From positions 39,246,001 through 39,310,000 of the forward strand of contig CM114271.1 in assembly GCA_050084515.1 (NCBI GenBank): 64,000 nucleotides of DNA, read 5' to 3'. Each line of letters opens with the position of its first letter. Position 1 is the first letter of the stretch. The DNA is from Blasia pusilla (Eukaryota). This document shows positions 26,044-37,677 of this stretch, piece by piece. Both the position numbers and the translations under genes were made by a program. Below the pieces are notes generated by a model, which was not told the origin of the DNA, did not search any database, and worked only from the letters and a program-made list of their open reading frames with translations.

Positions 26044-27323
26044 TCAATGTTCGGAAGATGACATGGTAGAGAGCCCCAGTTCCTTCACGATTCTCGGGCT
26101 TAGGAAGGAGTGCGAAGCATCTGTATCCACGAGCAACAACACATCGCGATCAGCAATCTTGGATCTTAGGTACACCAAATTGTGCGTCCTCTTGGTAACT
26201 TGAAGGGATGTCTCGAGATCGCCCGCCAACAGATGCTTAGTAGCAAACGCAATCATACTCCCATTACTAACCTTCGGTTTCAAACACCCTTTCGCCAGGT
26301 GCCCAGGTTCGCCACAGTTGTAGCAAACGACCTCGCCGTTCCGTGACTTTGAGTGTTGTCCTCCTTTCGGTTTCGCATGAAGTTCCACTCGTTTTGCTGC
26401 CGGGACAGACGACTCTCTTGGTTCGTGCTGGCCCCCACTCCAGCCTCGTTTGAACGCCTCCTTATTGTTCGACTTCTTTGAAAAACCTTTTGGCTCGAAG
26501 GGTTTCTGGGTTTGGACCTCATCGTCCCCAATCCGCTCCACTAGCCTCAGAAGATCCGCGCAGGTCTCTGGCAACGTCGGCATTCGGTAAAGGGCGTTTT
26601 CAGCGCTCGGCTTGAGTCCACTAATGAAGATAGCCTTCTTCGCGTGCTCATCCATCTTTGGACTAGAAGTCAGTTTCGCACTAAACTCCCTCACATACGC
26701 GCTTAAGGAACCACTCTGCCGCATCCGCACGCATTCCACCGTGTCGCGCAACCCTTGGAACGCCGGAGTGAACCGATCCCCAATCAACTCCTTGAACTCC
26801 TCCCAACTCAGAGGTGACTCGCCGCCCAGATATTCCTCTCGTTGAGCTTTCCACCATTGTAGAGCATGATCCTTCAAGAAAGTAACGGCTACCGTCACCT
26901 TGTCCTGCTCAGCTGCCCTCTGCGCCTCGAAGTACAGTTCCAATTCCGTAAGGAAATCCTTCACTTTCCGTGAGCGCCCCACTCCAATGAATGGCGTGGG
27001 CAGGTTTGTCTTGCAGAGCTTTTTGCCGCACCCAGGGTTCGAGTGGCCTCTAACTCTGCAATCCGCTTGCTTTGCTGGGACATCTGCTCCACCAACACCT
27101 TCAACAAGTCCAACGTCTGGCTCGAATCCGTCCGTTCCCCTGAGTTTGGGCCCACTGGCCCCGCGGAAGGATTCGCCTCCAGAACGTCCTCACGATTGGT
27201 GTTCAGCTCTTCAGGAGTCTTCGTCTCCTCCATAGCTTCACGGTCCGCCATTGGTTCCTCTCTTGGTTCACGTCGCTTGATTCGGCGCTTCTTGGGTTGT
27301 TCTCCCTCGATCGCCATTTCCAA
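26044..27323 (-). pseudogene. Gag and protease start of a Ty3/Gypsy element (5' half), frameshifted and truncated
   Basis: DFLTELELYF..FLKDHALQWW..SWEEFKELIGDRF..MRQSGSLSAYVREF (retrotransposon Gag); CYNCGEPGHLAKGC (CCHC knuckle); LLVDTDASHSF (protease DTG mutated). Confidence 0.9.
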
Positions 27324-27453
27324 GCCAACTCACTCAGATCTCCTCATCGTTTCTTGCGTCCCTCCTCGAGTGTCTGAGTCTAGCCGCTACCTTTGAGTTT
27401 CCCCAAGCGTCCGGTTGATCCCACGACCCCAAGTTCTCGCTCACCAAGGATTT

Positions 27454-27465
27454 GCTCTGATACCA
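27454..27465 (-). promoter_or_regulatory. Primer-binding site complementary to initiator tRNA-Met
   Basis: GCTCTGATACCA is the reverse complement of TGGTATCAGAGC, 2 bp from the LTR end. Confidence 0.9.
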
Positions 27466-27467
27466 CT

Positions 27468-28470
27468 TGTCGCGCCCCTACTCTCCTTGAACGTCAATCT
27501 TTAATGTTGCGGAAGCGTACGTTCAGTAGGTCACGAACTCATCGCTGATCTGCACCCAAACACGCACTCTTGTTAGTCGGGTCTAGGCCACCCAGCGTTC
27601 CAACCCACCGATTCCTCAATTCGGCGTCTCATCAAACTCAACCTTCCTTAGCTCCTAGTTTCCAAAACATGGCAAGTCCTTCAAGACTTGGAACAGACTT
27701 CTTGGTTAGTCCAGGGATCTGAAACGGCACTTGCGCGCCTAGCAATCCCAACTGTTCAACGGTCCTCGGGTGAGTTCCGAACCGAGACCCAAGTAATTGA
27801 GTCGCGGGGTGGAATCCAAGAGGGATGTCTAAAATCGCCTCAATGGACTTGGTGCAGGTTTTCCAACCCATCCCCCAAACTCGCGTTCCGTTCCATGCCC
27901 TTGGGCCGCCCCGCGGCGCCCAAAGTGGGGTTTGGGTTCCAAGCACTCTCGGAGACCTTCCCCCTTACTAGTACTTCTGGGGTTCTCCAATAACCCCTCC
28001 CCTTTGGGAAAAGAGGGTCGGGCCCTTCATTGTGGCCCTCAACCCGACTCCATTTACAGTCGTTTTCGGGTTGTATCTTGGCCTCTGTTTATGCGTTTGC
28101 AGCGATCTTTAGTGCGTTTGGACCGGCTCTCTATAAGCTTTCCAACGCACCCTTATTTGTTCCAAACGCATCTTGGTGCTAAAAGTTATGGTCATAAATA
28201 CAGTCGGAAACTCTCAAACGCTAGTGGCGTTCCAAATCCGGATCTTTCCTTTGGCAACCTACTTCCTAGACTCGACTTCTTTCAAGTCTCATTCCGCGTT
28301 TGGTCCCGGTTTCTCAGTCGCGACCATAACATCTGAAACGCGACTCCTCGCTCGCGTCTCGTCTCTTGTCTCCTCTTTGAGACAACTCCAACGGGCAAAC
28401 CATCTTAGCGTGAGCCCGCTAATGTTCCGATGTTCCGCTTGACACTTGTTTGGTCATGAGGGTCGCGACA
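27468..28470 (-). mobile_element. 5' LTR (family A) of the gag-bearing element, inserted into the integrase of the DNMT-Gypsy
   Basis: TGTCGCG...CGCGACA inverted termini, about 1.0 kb; PBS and gag follow on the minus strand; integrase-like sequence abuts at 28471. Confidence 0.9.
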
Positions 28471-31400
28471 AAGGATGTCTGCTTGTTGAATCTGTATCCC
28501 ATCTCCAACCACCGCAATTGAAGGTCCCAATCTCCTAGGTGACCTCTCTGCAAGCCATACTTGTGTAGTCCTCTCTTCACCCTCTGCACAACCCGCTCCT
28601 CTAGTCCATCCGCCTCAAAATGATCTCGCGAAGTAGTGCGGTGGTCGATCAGTGCCTGATCACACAAGGCTTGAAACTCCCCACGGAACTCTGTACCCTA
28701 GACTGTCAACACCTCAGCTAGTGCGCCGCAATCACTCAACACTCGATCTAGGAAGGCATACGCTACTCCCTCACTCGCTTTGTCAGGCAATACAACCAAC
28801 TCTATCCACTTCGAGAAGTGCTCGACCATCACCAACACATGACAACTATGATGCTTTGTCAAAGGCAAAGGTCATGCAAAATCCAAACTCCATCTATAAC
28901 CTAAATCCATGATCGGAAGTGGATGCAACTATGGAGTTGGAGCATTGAACAATGCTCCAACTCGATCACATAAAATGCATTTGGCAACAAACTGCTGAAC
29001 GTAAGTCTGCATGCCTCGCACCAATATTGAATCTGGAGCAATTTGTATGTCCGCTTCATTCCAAAATGACCCAACTTCTTGTGGGCATGACGCACCAAAC
29101 GTGCTCTCTAAGAAGGATGAGGCACTACACGCACTCTACCATCCTCCCATACTTGCAACACATGTGTGCCCTTCCATCGGAACCGTCTGGCTTGCTGTAG
29201 GATCCGATCCCGCTCTCTAGCACCCACTGTGCTCGCGACGCTGCATGTAGGCAAGTAGTCCAAGACCACTCCATCATCGTGAATGTCTCAGCCACCTGTC
29301 GTCTCCTCACCAGCCTCTGGATCTAAGGACTCTCCATCAGACCTCGCCATCGAAGTCTCAGCAATCTAGCTCTCCATAGCCAACAAGCCCAAATAGGTTG
29401 ACGCATACAATCCTGGCACCAACTCCTCATCACTCTCACCATGCCAACGAGCTCGAGTCACATCTCGTTGACTCGAGCATGGGTTATGGCTCAAACCATC
29501 TGCATCCTGGTTGAGCGTCCCAGGTTTATGCACCACTTGGAAGTCATACTCCTACAACAAAAGAGCCCACCTCGAAAGCTTCGTTGTAAGCTTGTCGGAC
29601 TCCATCAACCACTTAAGTGGCTAATGATCAGTAATGATGGTAAAGGGATTTCTGAATAGATAACATCTGAAATGTGCGACAACCCACACTGCAGCCAAGC
29701 ACTCACTCTCATACGAGCTATACTTTGCCTCTGCAGCGTTGTTCGAGCAACTAGCATAAGCCACCACAAACTCTCTACCATCATCGTCATGTTGGGTGAG
29801 CACGGCTCTAAGCCCCAACATGCTCCAATCGGTATGCAACTAGAAAAGACGCCCCCTGATCGATCTCCTCAATATGGGCACAGACGTTAATCTATCCTTG
29901 AGCATATGAAATGCTCTCTCTTGCTCATCCCCCCAGTGCCACTACTGATCCATCTTGGTCATCAAGGTTAGCGGCTTCGCAATTGAACTGAAACCCTTGA
30001 CGTACAGTTGATAGAAGTTCGCCAATCCCATGAATGCATGGACTCAACTCACATCTTGAAGGCGTGGAATGTGTGAAATATCCTCTACCTTTGTCTGTTG
30101 CATACCAAGGCCCCCAGGATATATCGTATGACCCAAGTACTCAATCTGGTCGTAGAAGAACTTGCACTTGCCTGGAAGTAGCTTGAGCCCATGTAACTGC
30201 AATCGTCAGAACACCTCCTCTAGATGTCGCTCATGCTCCTCAACCGTGGCGCTAAAGACTACAATGTTATTAATATAACAACTAGCAAAATCCAGACCTG
30301 CAAAAATCCTATCCATGACCCTTTGAAACTCATCCGGGGCCTTCTTTAACCCGAATGGTAAGAACCGCCACTGGTACAAACAATCCTTCCAGTGAGGATC
30401 GAAGCCCCAAAATGCCGTCTTTTGCATGTCCTCCAATCTGATAGGCAGCTGATGATATCTGGTCGCAAATCCAATGAACTGAATTTTTTTGCATGCCGAA
30501 TCGCATCAAAGATCTCCTCAGGGGTGGGCATGGCATACCTATCAAACTTTGTCTGCCGATTGATATGTCGGTAATCTCCACACATCTGCCTATCCGTCCA
30601 GTTGCCATGCACATCCTTCTTGGCGGGCATGACAGTGGCAGATGCATACTCTCCATGCGACATCTCCACTACTCCTGCTCCAACCAAGTCTTGGCTCCTA
30701 CTTTGAATCAGAGCCCTCTCCATGTCACTGTACTTGTAGGGTCGCCGGAAGGTCGGCGTGTCACTCGATAACTCAATGCAGATCCTTGGACCCTTCAGCC
30801 TACCCAAATCATGCATGCTAAATGCAAAACAACTCCTATAACTCCTAAGGAACTAGTGTATGCGGCGCTGCTCTCCTCCTGTCAACTTAGGGCCTATATC
30901 TGGCTCCCAACTCTCTGGCGCGGGTGTCGGTAGTTGCTATGGTGCAACCCCGTCTCGGATAATAGAACTCTCATCTCCACGTGCAGTACCCCGAACCACA
31001 CTCGATGGTGTGGCTATCATCTCCTGGCGTACCTGCAAAACATCCCAAGAAGTCCAAGGGTGTCTCTCCCAATCATCCTTGGTGTGTCGATCTCCTCGGG
31101 TCTCGCCCCCAGCCGCTGCCTCAACTGCCTCGGTAGGCATGGGGCTCACCAACGCAACAACTCTAATCTGTCGCGTCCTCAAATGACGATGCTCAACTAC
31201 TCCTAAGCTGAAAATCCATGTCAAGCAGTTCAGGTCCATTGCCTCACCCAAGACATGACGTTGTGATGCCTCTGATAGTGATGGTATTGCCGTCACTCTT
31301 GTGGGGAATCCCATTGCTCGCTCTCGCTCATCGGCATTGGGCTCCACCAACCTCTATACTTGGTCATCCCAAAACAAGCCACGTCCGGCCTCCTTGAATG

Positions 31401-33108
31401 CATAGGAAGCGGGAAAACTCACTAATGTGGGAAAGGTTTCCCGTGGCCTGCCAATCCTATTAACCATAGTCAATGGCGGTCGATCATCTAGCCTCACTGC
31501 TTGTGATCGACGGCCAGGATCCAATATAGAATCCACCAAAAAATTGGAGGGACACTCCACTCTCGCATATGCCTTCCATAACACCTCGTGTGGTACAAAG
31601 TTGGTCCACCAAAGACGCGGGTAATGTGCTTGTGAACCCACACTTGCCGCATCTAACAACACTTTTAGGCGGATCCATGCGCGCACCTGATGTGCACTCG
31701 TCACCATGCAGGACCTCGAATCGCCAAAAATTGGCACATTCTCCAGCGTGCAAAACAACAACTAAACCAATACGAATTCCTCCAAAGAGATCCGACACCC
31801 AAATACCTTTCTCTGGGATGCACCACAAAATCGGGGTGGTGTCCAAAGGGGTTATAGCAGCACTCCTGGCTACTTGGGGTTCCTCTGACCTATCACACTT
31901 TGGTGCAAACGTCTCGCTTCACGCGGTTTGCACATGCTCAGTGGCTAAGCGTCGAAGCTCCTCAATCGAGCCCCAAAGCGACACCTCTCCTCCACGGACT
32001 GATGCGGCTACCATGACACTCCTCTGCATAGAAATGTCACGAACTGGAGTATCCTCTGCATGGACATGTCCCTCATTGAAATCACTAGGCCAAGTGATGG
32101 CACTGCTAAATGCTACTAAGGTCGCCATCTCTCATGTCTCTCATCGCCTTGGCTCGCACCACGGACTCATGTGTAGGATGTTCCGGGCAAATCCTCACCA
32201 CGACCTCCTATCGGGTGATATACTGCCTGGTACTCGCTTCACTCAAGGATGTGTTTATTCGGAATGGATAACGCTCCACATTGGCCTCGTCAAGCCCAAT
32301 CCTCTGAATGACACTTTCCCCAACATCAAGAGTTGCGCTCCCGAATCTAACAAAGACGCGCTACGCACTAAAATCTCTATCTCCGGAACTCACCAACTGG
32401 AAGACCTCTCCCCGGTTATCCAGCAACACAACACTAGGAGAAACCATGGCACACTCTATCGCGGGTCTAGCGGGCATCTCCGCCATCCTAGCAGCCGCAG
32501 CCTGCCATGAATCTGATGTGGACGGCCCCAACATCCGCTCCAAGGGCAGATCCATCACCTCCTCTGCAATCACCTTTGAACGTGATGCAGGAACTCCAAA
32601 TCCACACTCACATAGCATAGCGGCTAGCCGAAAAACCTCAGCGGGCGTACCTCCCAACGTCATAACATCGGAAGCAAAAAATAAAGGAGCGCAGTACACA
32701 ACGGTGGCCGCCCCCAACAACATGCTCGGCACATGCCCCTCCTGAGCATCAGCAATAGGAGTCTTCGCACTCGCTTCTCCCATCGCCCTCCGTGCCTACA
32801 CATCAACAACATCACCTAATCTCCGGGAACTCTGATAAGGACTCCTCCACGGGCAGCTTCACCACCTTGTCGGGAAACTCTAGCTCCTCATCCCCCAACG
32901 GGACCACCTGATGCACGATCTCTAGGTCCATCCTAACCGGCCACTTGCTTTGGTGCCCTCTCTAGCCCTCGGTCCGGACGTAACTCAAGATGTAAAATGA
33001 AACACTTGGCACGTGTGTGACCATACCTCTGACAATAGTCAGACTGATAACCTCCTGGTGCAGCACCATCTCCTCCTCCATGCTGAGGCACACGTCCATG
33101 ACCCTAAC
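28471..33108 (-). mobile_element. Decayed Ty3/Gypsy internal region: Gag knuckle - protease - C5 DNA methyltransferase - RT - RNase H - integrase (copy 1)
   Basis: SDYCQRYGHTRAKC (~33045-33003, CCHC with first C changed to S); LLDSGAQ (~32354-32334); DNMT motifs (31846-31200); RT RRPYKYS..EYASATVMPAKK..MCGDYRHIN..YAMPTPEEIFD..LPFGLKKAP..YINNIVVFS; RNase H HTDWSMLGLRAVLTQ..VVAYAS..ECLAAVW..ITDH; integrase HKKLGHFG and ADGLEERVVQRVKRGL. Many stops and frameshifts. Confidence 0.9.
31200..31846 (-). pseudogene. DNMT3-like C5 cytosine methyltransferase domain inside the Gypsy pol (motifs II-V deleted in this copy)
   Basis: DLFGGI (motif I, 31792-31775); LENVP (VI); LLDAASVGSQAHYPRLWWTN (VII/VIII); ERERAMGFP (IX); QRHVLGEAMDLNCLTWI (X). 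Motifs are in unpermuted order. Confidence 0.85.
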
Positions 33109-34104
33109 TGTCGCGCCCCTACTCTCCTTAAACGCCAATCTTTATCGTTACGGAAGCGTACGTTCAGTAAGACATCATCTCATCGCCAATCTGCTCCCAA
33201 ACACGCACTCTTGTTGGTCGGGTCTGGGCCAACCAGCATTTTAACCCACCGAGTTCTCAACTCAGCGTTTCATCAAGCTCAACCTTCCTTACTTCCTAGT
33301 TTCCAAAACATGGCAAGTTTTTCAAGACTTTGAATAGACTTCCTGATTAGTTCAGGAACGTAAAACGGCACTGGCGCACCTAGCGATCCCAACTGTTCAA
33401 CGGACCTCGTGTGAGTTCCGAACCGAGACCCAAGTAATTGAGTCGCGGGGTGAAATCCAAGAGGGATGTCTAAAATCGCCTCCACAGACTTGGTTCAGGT
33501 TTTCCAACCCAAACTCTCGATCCGTTCATGCCCTTGAGCCGCCCCGTGGCGCCCAAAGTGGGGTTCGAGTTCCAAGCACTCTTGGAGACCTTCCCCCTTA
33601 CTAGTACTTCTGGGGTTCTCCAATAACCCCCCACCTTTGGAAAATAAGGGTCGGGCCTTTCATTGTGGCCCTCAACCCGACTCTACTTATAGTCGTTTCC
33701 GGGTTGTTTCTCAGCCGCTGCTTATGCGTTTGAAGAGATCTTTAGTGCGTTTGAGCCGGCTTTCCATAAGCCTTTTAACGCACTCTTGTTTAATCCAAAC
33801 GCATCTTGGCGCTAAAAGTTATGGCCATAAATACAGTCGGAAACTCTCAAACGCTAGTGGCGTCCCAAATCCAGATTCCTTCCTTTGGCAACCCACTTCC
33901 TAGACTCAACTCCTTTCAAGTCTTGTTCCGCGTTTGGTCTTGGTTTCTCAGTTGTGACCACAACATCTGAAACGTGAAGCCTCGCTTGCGTCCTGTCTCT
34001 TGGCTCTTCTTCGAGACTACTCCAACGCGCAAACCATCTTAGCGTGAGCCCGCTAATGTTCGATGTTCCGCTTTGGCACTTGTTTGGTCATGAGGGTCGC
34101 GACA
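33109..34104 (-). mobile_element. 3' LTR (family A) of the chromovirus pol-bearing element, preceded by a polypurine tract at 34105-34115
   Basis: TGTCGCG...CGCGACA termini; CTCACCCCTCT reads AGAGGGGTGAG on the minus strand immediately upstream; similar to, but visibly diverged from, 27468-28470. Confidence 0.9.
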
Positions 34105-34819
34105 CTCACCCCTCTTTAGAGGTTGATGCCCTCATCAACGCAAACCTTTGTTATGTCAAGTTTCCTGGGCAGCCTACCCCTTGACATTGAATTGTGTTCT
34201 AGTGGCTAACCCGCAATTCCTCTTAGTCTACAGTTGTCGCTTTGCACCACTTAGAATTATTAGCCTCTCCTCTTTGATAAGCGTGGACTCGTTCCAAAGA
34301 ACTAACCTATCAACTAAGCTAATTAAGTGTGCAACCTTAGACTCTTCTGGCTCATTCTTGTAAACATCACACATGTTTACATGGTCTACAAATCGTACTA
34401 TTATTGGGTCGCTCTCGTATTCGACTTAGGCGCGTCACTAAGTTTACTTATGTAGCCACAAGTAAGATCACCCCAAGCCCCAAGACAGATTCATCTGCCC
34501 CGCGGACGCTAGGGCGAGCCCAAGTGTAATCCAACACAAGGTCCTGTTCTAGGTGCTTATCCACATACAAGCTCTCACCTCAAATACTCATTGTCTGTCC
34601 TCTTGACTTACATCCTAAGCCTATAATGAAGGACTCATAGCCATGCCTTACCACATACAAATTGCAATCAACTCTGGCATCGAATCTCCAAATCCATGCA
34701 TTCCTTTATTGCAACACAAGCATGTTCTAGTTACAACGGCCTTCGGCCCAAGATTCCAATGGGTACAAGTCATGTTTCTAGCTTTTCCTCGTACTAACGT
34801 ATGTGGTTCTCATGCGTTC

Positions 34820-37076
34820 GCTTGAAGTCTCGCAACAACTCTTGCGCGTGTTCCAAATCCGCCTCCGCAATCCAAGTCACCTCCTTCACATGGTAGCCCT
34901 TCCATTTAACCAAGTATTCATACTTGTTGGCCTAACGCCTTGAACGTAAGATGGTCTCCACCTCAAACTCTGGCTCTTCATTTATGATCACCGGGTGCGG
35001 TCTCACCACCTGTCTCCGCTCGAAACGTCCATTATCTTGAAGAAATGTCTTCAACAATGACACATGAAAGGTCGGGTGAATCCTGAACTCATCCGGCAGC
35101 CCCAATGTATACAGCCACAATCACATACGGTCCAACATACTTGGCAGATAGCTTTGTAGACAACTCTTTCGGAAGAGTGAGATTCTTCACACTCAACCAC
35201 ACTTGCTCTCCAACCTGGAATCGTACTTCAGTACGGCTTTCCACCCACAGACGGATGGAGAGCATGCTTAACGTACCTCATTTGAGCCTTTGCAGGACTT
35301 CGCCTTGCTCGCTCTTCCCGTTCTCGCATCTCTACCAACAAACCTTGTGCCGTCGCTTGTCGTGTACGTGCTAATTTAGTACCCTTCTGGCTCTCCTCCA
35401 TTTTCCAGGAGAAACGGAGATTCTCCAGTTGCAGAATGCTTGGTTGAGTTGTAGCAGTACTCCGCCATGCTCAGCCACTTGACCTAATCTCGTTGATCAG
35501 CATTGACATAATTCCTTTAGTACTAATTCACGATTGAGTTTACCTTTTCAATCTGTCCATCCGCCTGTGGGTGGAAAGCCGTACTAAAACTCAGCTTGGT
35601 CTTAATCCTCCTGAACAAGTGCTTCCAGAAAGCACTGGCAAACTTTGGATCCCGATCTGAGACAATGCTCCTCGGCAAACCGTGAGCACGCCACCAGCTA
35701 TCCAGAAACAGTTGCGACGTCGTATAAGCCGTTGCGGAATCCACCGTCGGCACGAATCTCGCCAACTTGCTAAACCGATCAAAAATCACAAGTATAGCAT
35801 TGTATCCCTCAGATTCCAGAAGACTCGCGATGAAATCCATACTCACACTTTGCAAGGGTCCTTCTGGGATGGGCAAGGGATGCAACAAGCCTTGTTTCTT
35901 ATTATAAGAAACTCTATTTGCTTGGTAGGTCACACAGGTCTTCACATATTGAGCAACATCCTCTTTCATGTTGGGCCAAAAAAACCGCTTCGACAGAATA
36001 GCTAGCGTAGATTTTCTCGTTTATGTCCTGCCAAGGGTCCGTCGTGACACTCCGCTAACACATTGGTTTGCATCCTGCCTTGCCCCACATAGATCCTACT
36101 CTGCTTGAACCTTAGTAAACCGTGCCTCAAACTTATGTTGGCCACCTTCTCACCCTGCTTCAACTTCCTCAGGTACTCCCCTGTGTGAGCATCCTTCATA
36201 TATCCTTCATGAAGCCTTCTTTCCAGGTCTGTTTCTTTAGGGAACATTGCTCTCAAGACCTGTGTCGTCGATGGCATGTGTTCCTCCTTGCGACTCAACG
36301 CATCTGGAATCACATTATCTTTACTTGGCTTGTGAATCAACTTAACATCCATCAGCGCCAAGGTATCATGCCATCTCAATTGTTTCGGTGTCACTCGATC
36401 ATGGGTCTCAAAATACTAGAGTGATATATTATCGGTGAATACTCGAGTCGTGTGGAGCCCTAAATAATGCCGCCATTTCCTCAAGAAATGGACCACCGCG
36501 AACAACTCTTTCTCGTGAGTGGGCCATCTCCTTTCAGTATCGCTAAGCTTCTTGCTCTTGTATGCTACAAGTCTCCCTTCTTGCAACAACATTCCTGCAA
36601 CCGCGAAATCACTAGCATCGGTATGCACTTCGAAAGGTTTGTCAAACTCTAGCAGCTTCAATATTGGTTCCTGGGATAGAATCTGCTTCACTCGATTGTT
36701 CGTCTCATTAACTTCCTGGGTCCATGTCGTGTTGGCAAAATTTTCCGTCCAATCCGTGAGAGGTCTCACAATTCGCGGAAAGTTCTTCACATAAGTGCAA
36801 TAGAACAACACCGCACCTATGAACCTCCTCATCCCCTTCACGGTGGACGGCGGTTCCCATTCGACAATCGCTTTCACCTTCTCCATGTCCGGACTGATGC
36901 CATCTGCGCTAACCATGTGACCCAAGAATTTGATCTTGCTCAAACCAAATTCGCTCTTCTCCACATTCGCATACAGTTGATGTGCCCTTAGCTTCGACAA
37001 TACCGCTCTCACATGTCGAACGTGCTCCTCTAGGGACTTCAAATAGATAAGTATGTCATCAATATAGTTGATAACA
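34820..37076 (-). pseudogene. Chromoviral Ty3/Gypsy pol 3' half: RT (from YIDD) - RNase H - integrase - chromodomain
   Basis: YIDDILIY..EEHVRHV; HTDASDFAVAGMLLQ..ELFAVVH; CHDGPLAGH; SVSMDFI..DRFSK..IVSDRDPKF..STAFHPQADGQIE; KYVGPY; IHPTFHVSLLK; chromodomain FEVETILRSRR*ANKYEYLVKWKGYHVKEVTWIAEADL. Confidence 0.9.
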
Positions 37077-37677
37077 TGTCAGCGATGTATATTCTATGAC
37101 GATGTGGATTCGCACGACAACCTGCTGAGGCCCCGATAAATATGAGAGAGAAGGTTTTTCCCTTCATTTCGGCTCATTTGGAGTCAAATTGAAGAACTTA
37201 CTATTTTAGGTAAGTACCATTTTGAGTATATGGTCTACTTTATATTTTGGGAAGTGACCCTTAACCTCCTAAATTAGGTCAAGGGCCAAGGAGGTAACTT
37301 GGGAGCATAGGTTATCATGGAGAGAGCTTGGGAGAGGGAGGGGTATACATCAAGGAGAGAGAGCTTGACTGCTTATTCTCTCTTTGTTGAACCTCTTGAC
37401 ACGAGGTGGTGGAGCTATGGTCCCTTGTCTTGTGAGTGTAATCCAAGCCTCTCATTAGGAGAGTGGGTTTGGTTTGACATTGAGAGAGACATGTGAGAGT
37501 GCACACATGTGAGAACTATGATGTTGTGAGAGAGATTTCACCTTATTTTACAAAGAGATATTTTGGTACTTATTGTCTCGTTGTTTGGATGCCATGAATT
37601 AGCATGGGATCGTGCGTGTTTGTGTGTGTCTTAAGTGACAGCGATGTATGTTGTGTGGCGATGTGTATGCGCATGAC
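37077..37677 (-). mobile_element. Repeat family C, copy 2 (inverted), truncating the chromovirus RT
   Basis: The reverse complement matches 20820-21035 plus 25094-25460, and ends with a short restart of the unit's first ~40 bp. Confidence 0.7.

Noticed and set aside
31200-31846. A host DRM/DNMT3 gene or pseudogene
   Set aside because: No introns or UBA/PWWP-type domains are evident, motif order is unpermuted, and it is fused to a retroelement protease in both copies.
31569-32510. 313-aa + strand ORF
   Set aside because: Antisense shadow of the Gypsy PR-DNMT region; no recognisable motifs.
27468-34104. A full-length LTR-DNMT-pol-LTR element
   Set aside because: PBS and PPT lie outside the LTR pair, there is no TSD, the LTRs are visibly diverged, and they cut into the integrase and gag of the enclosed sequence.
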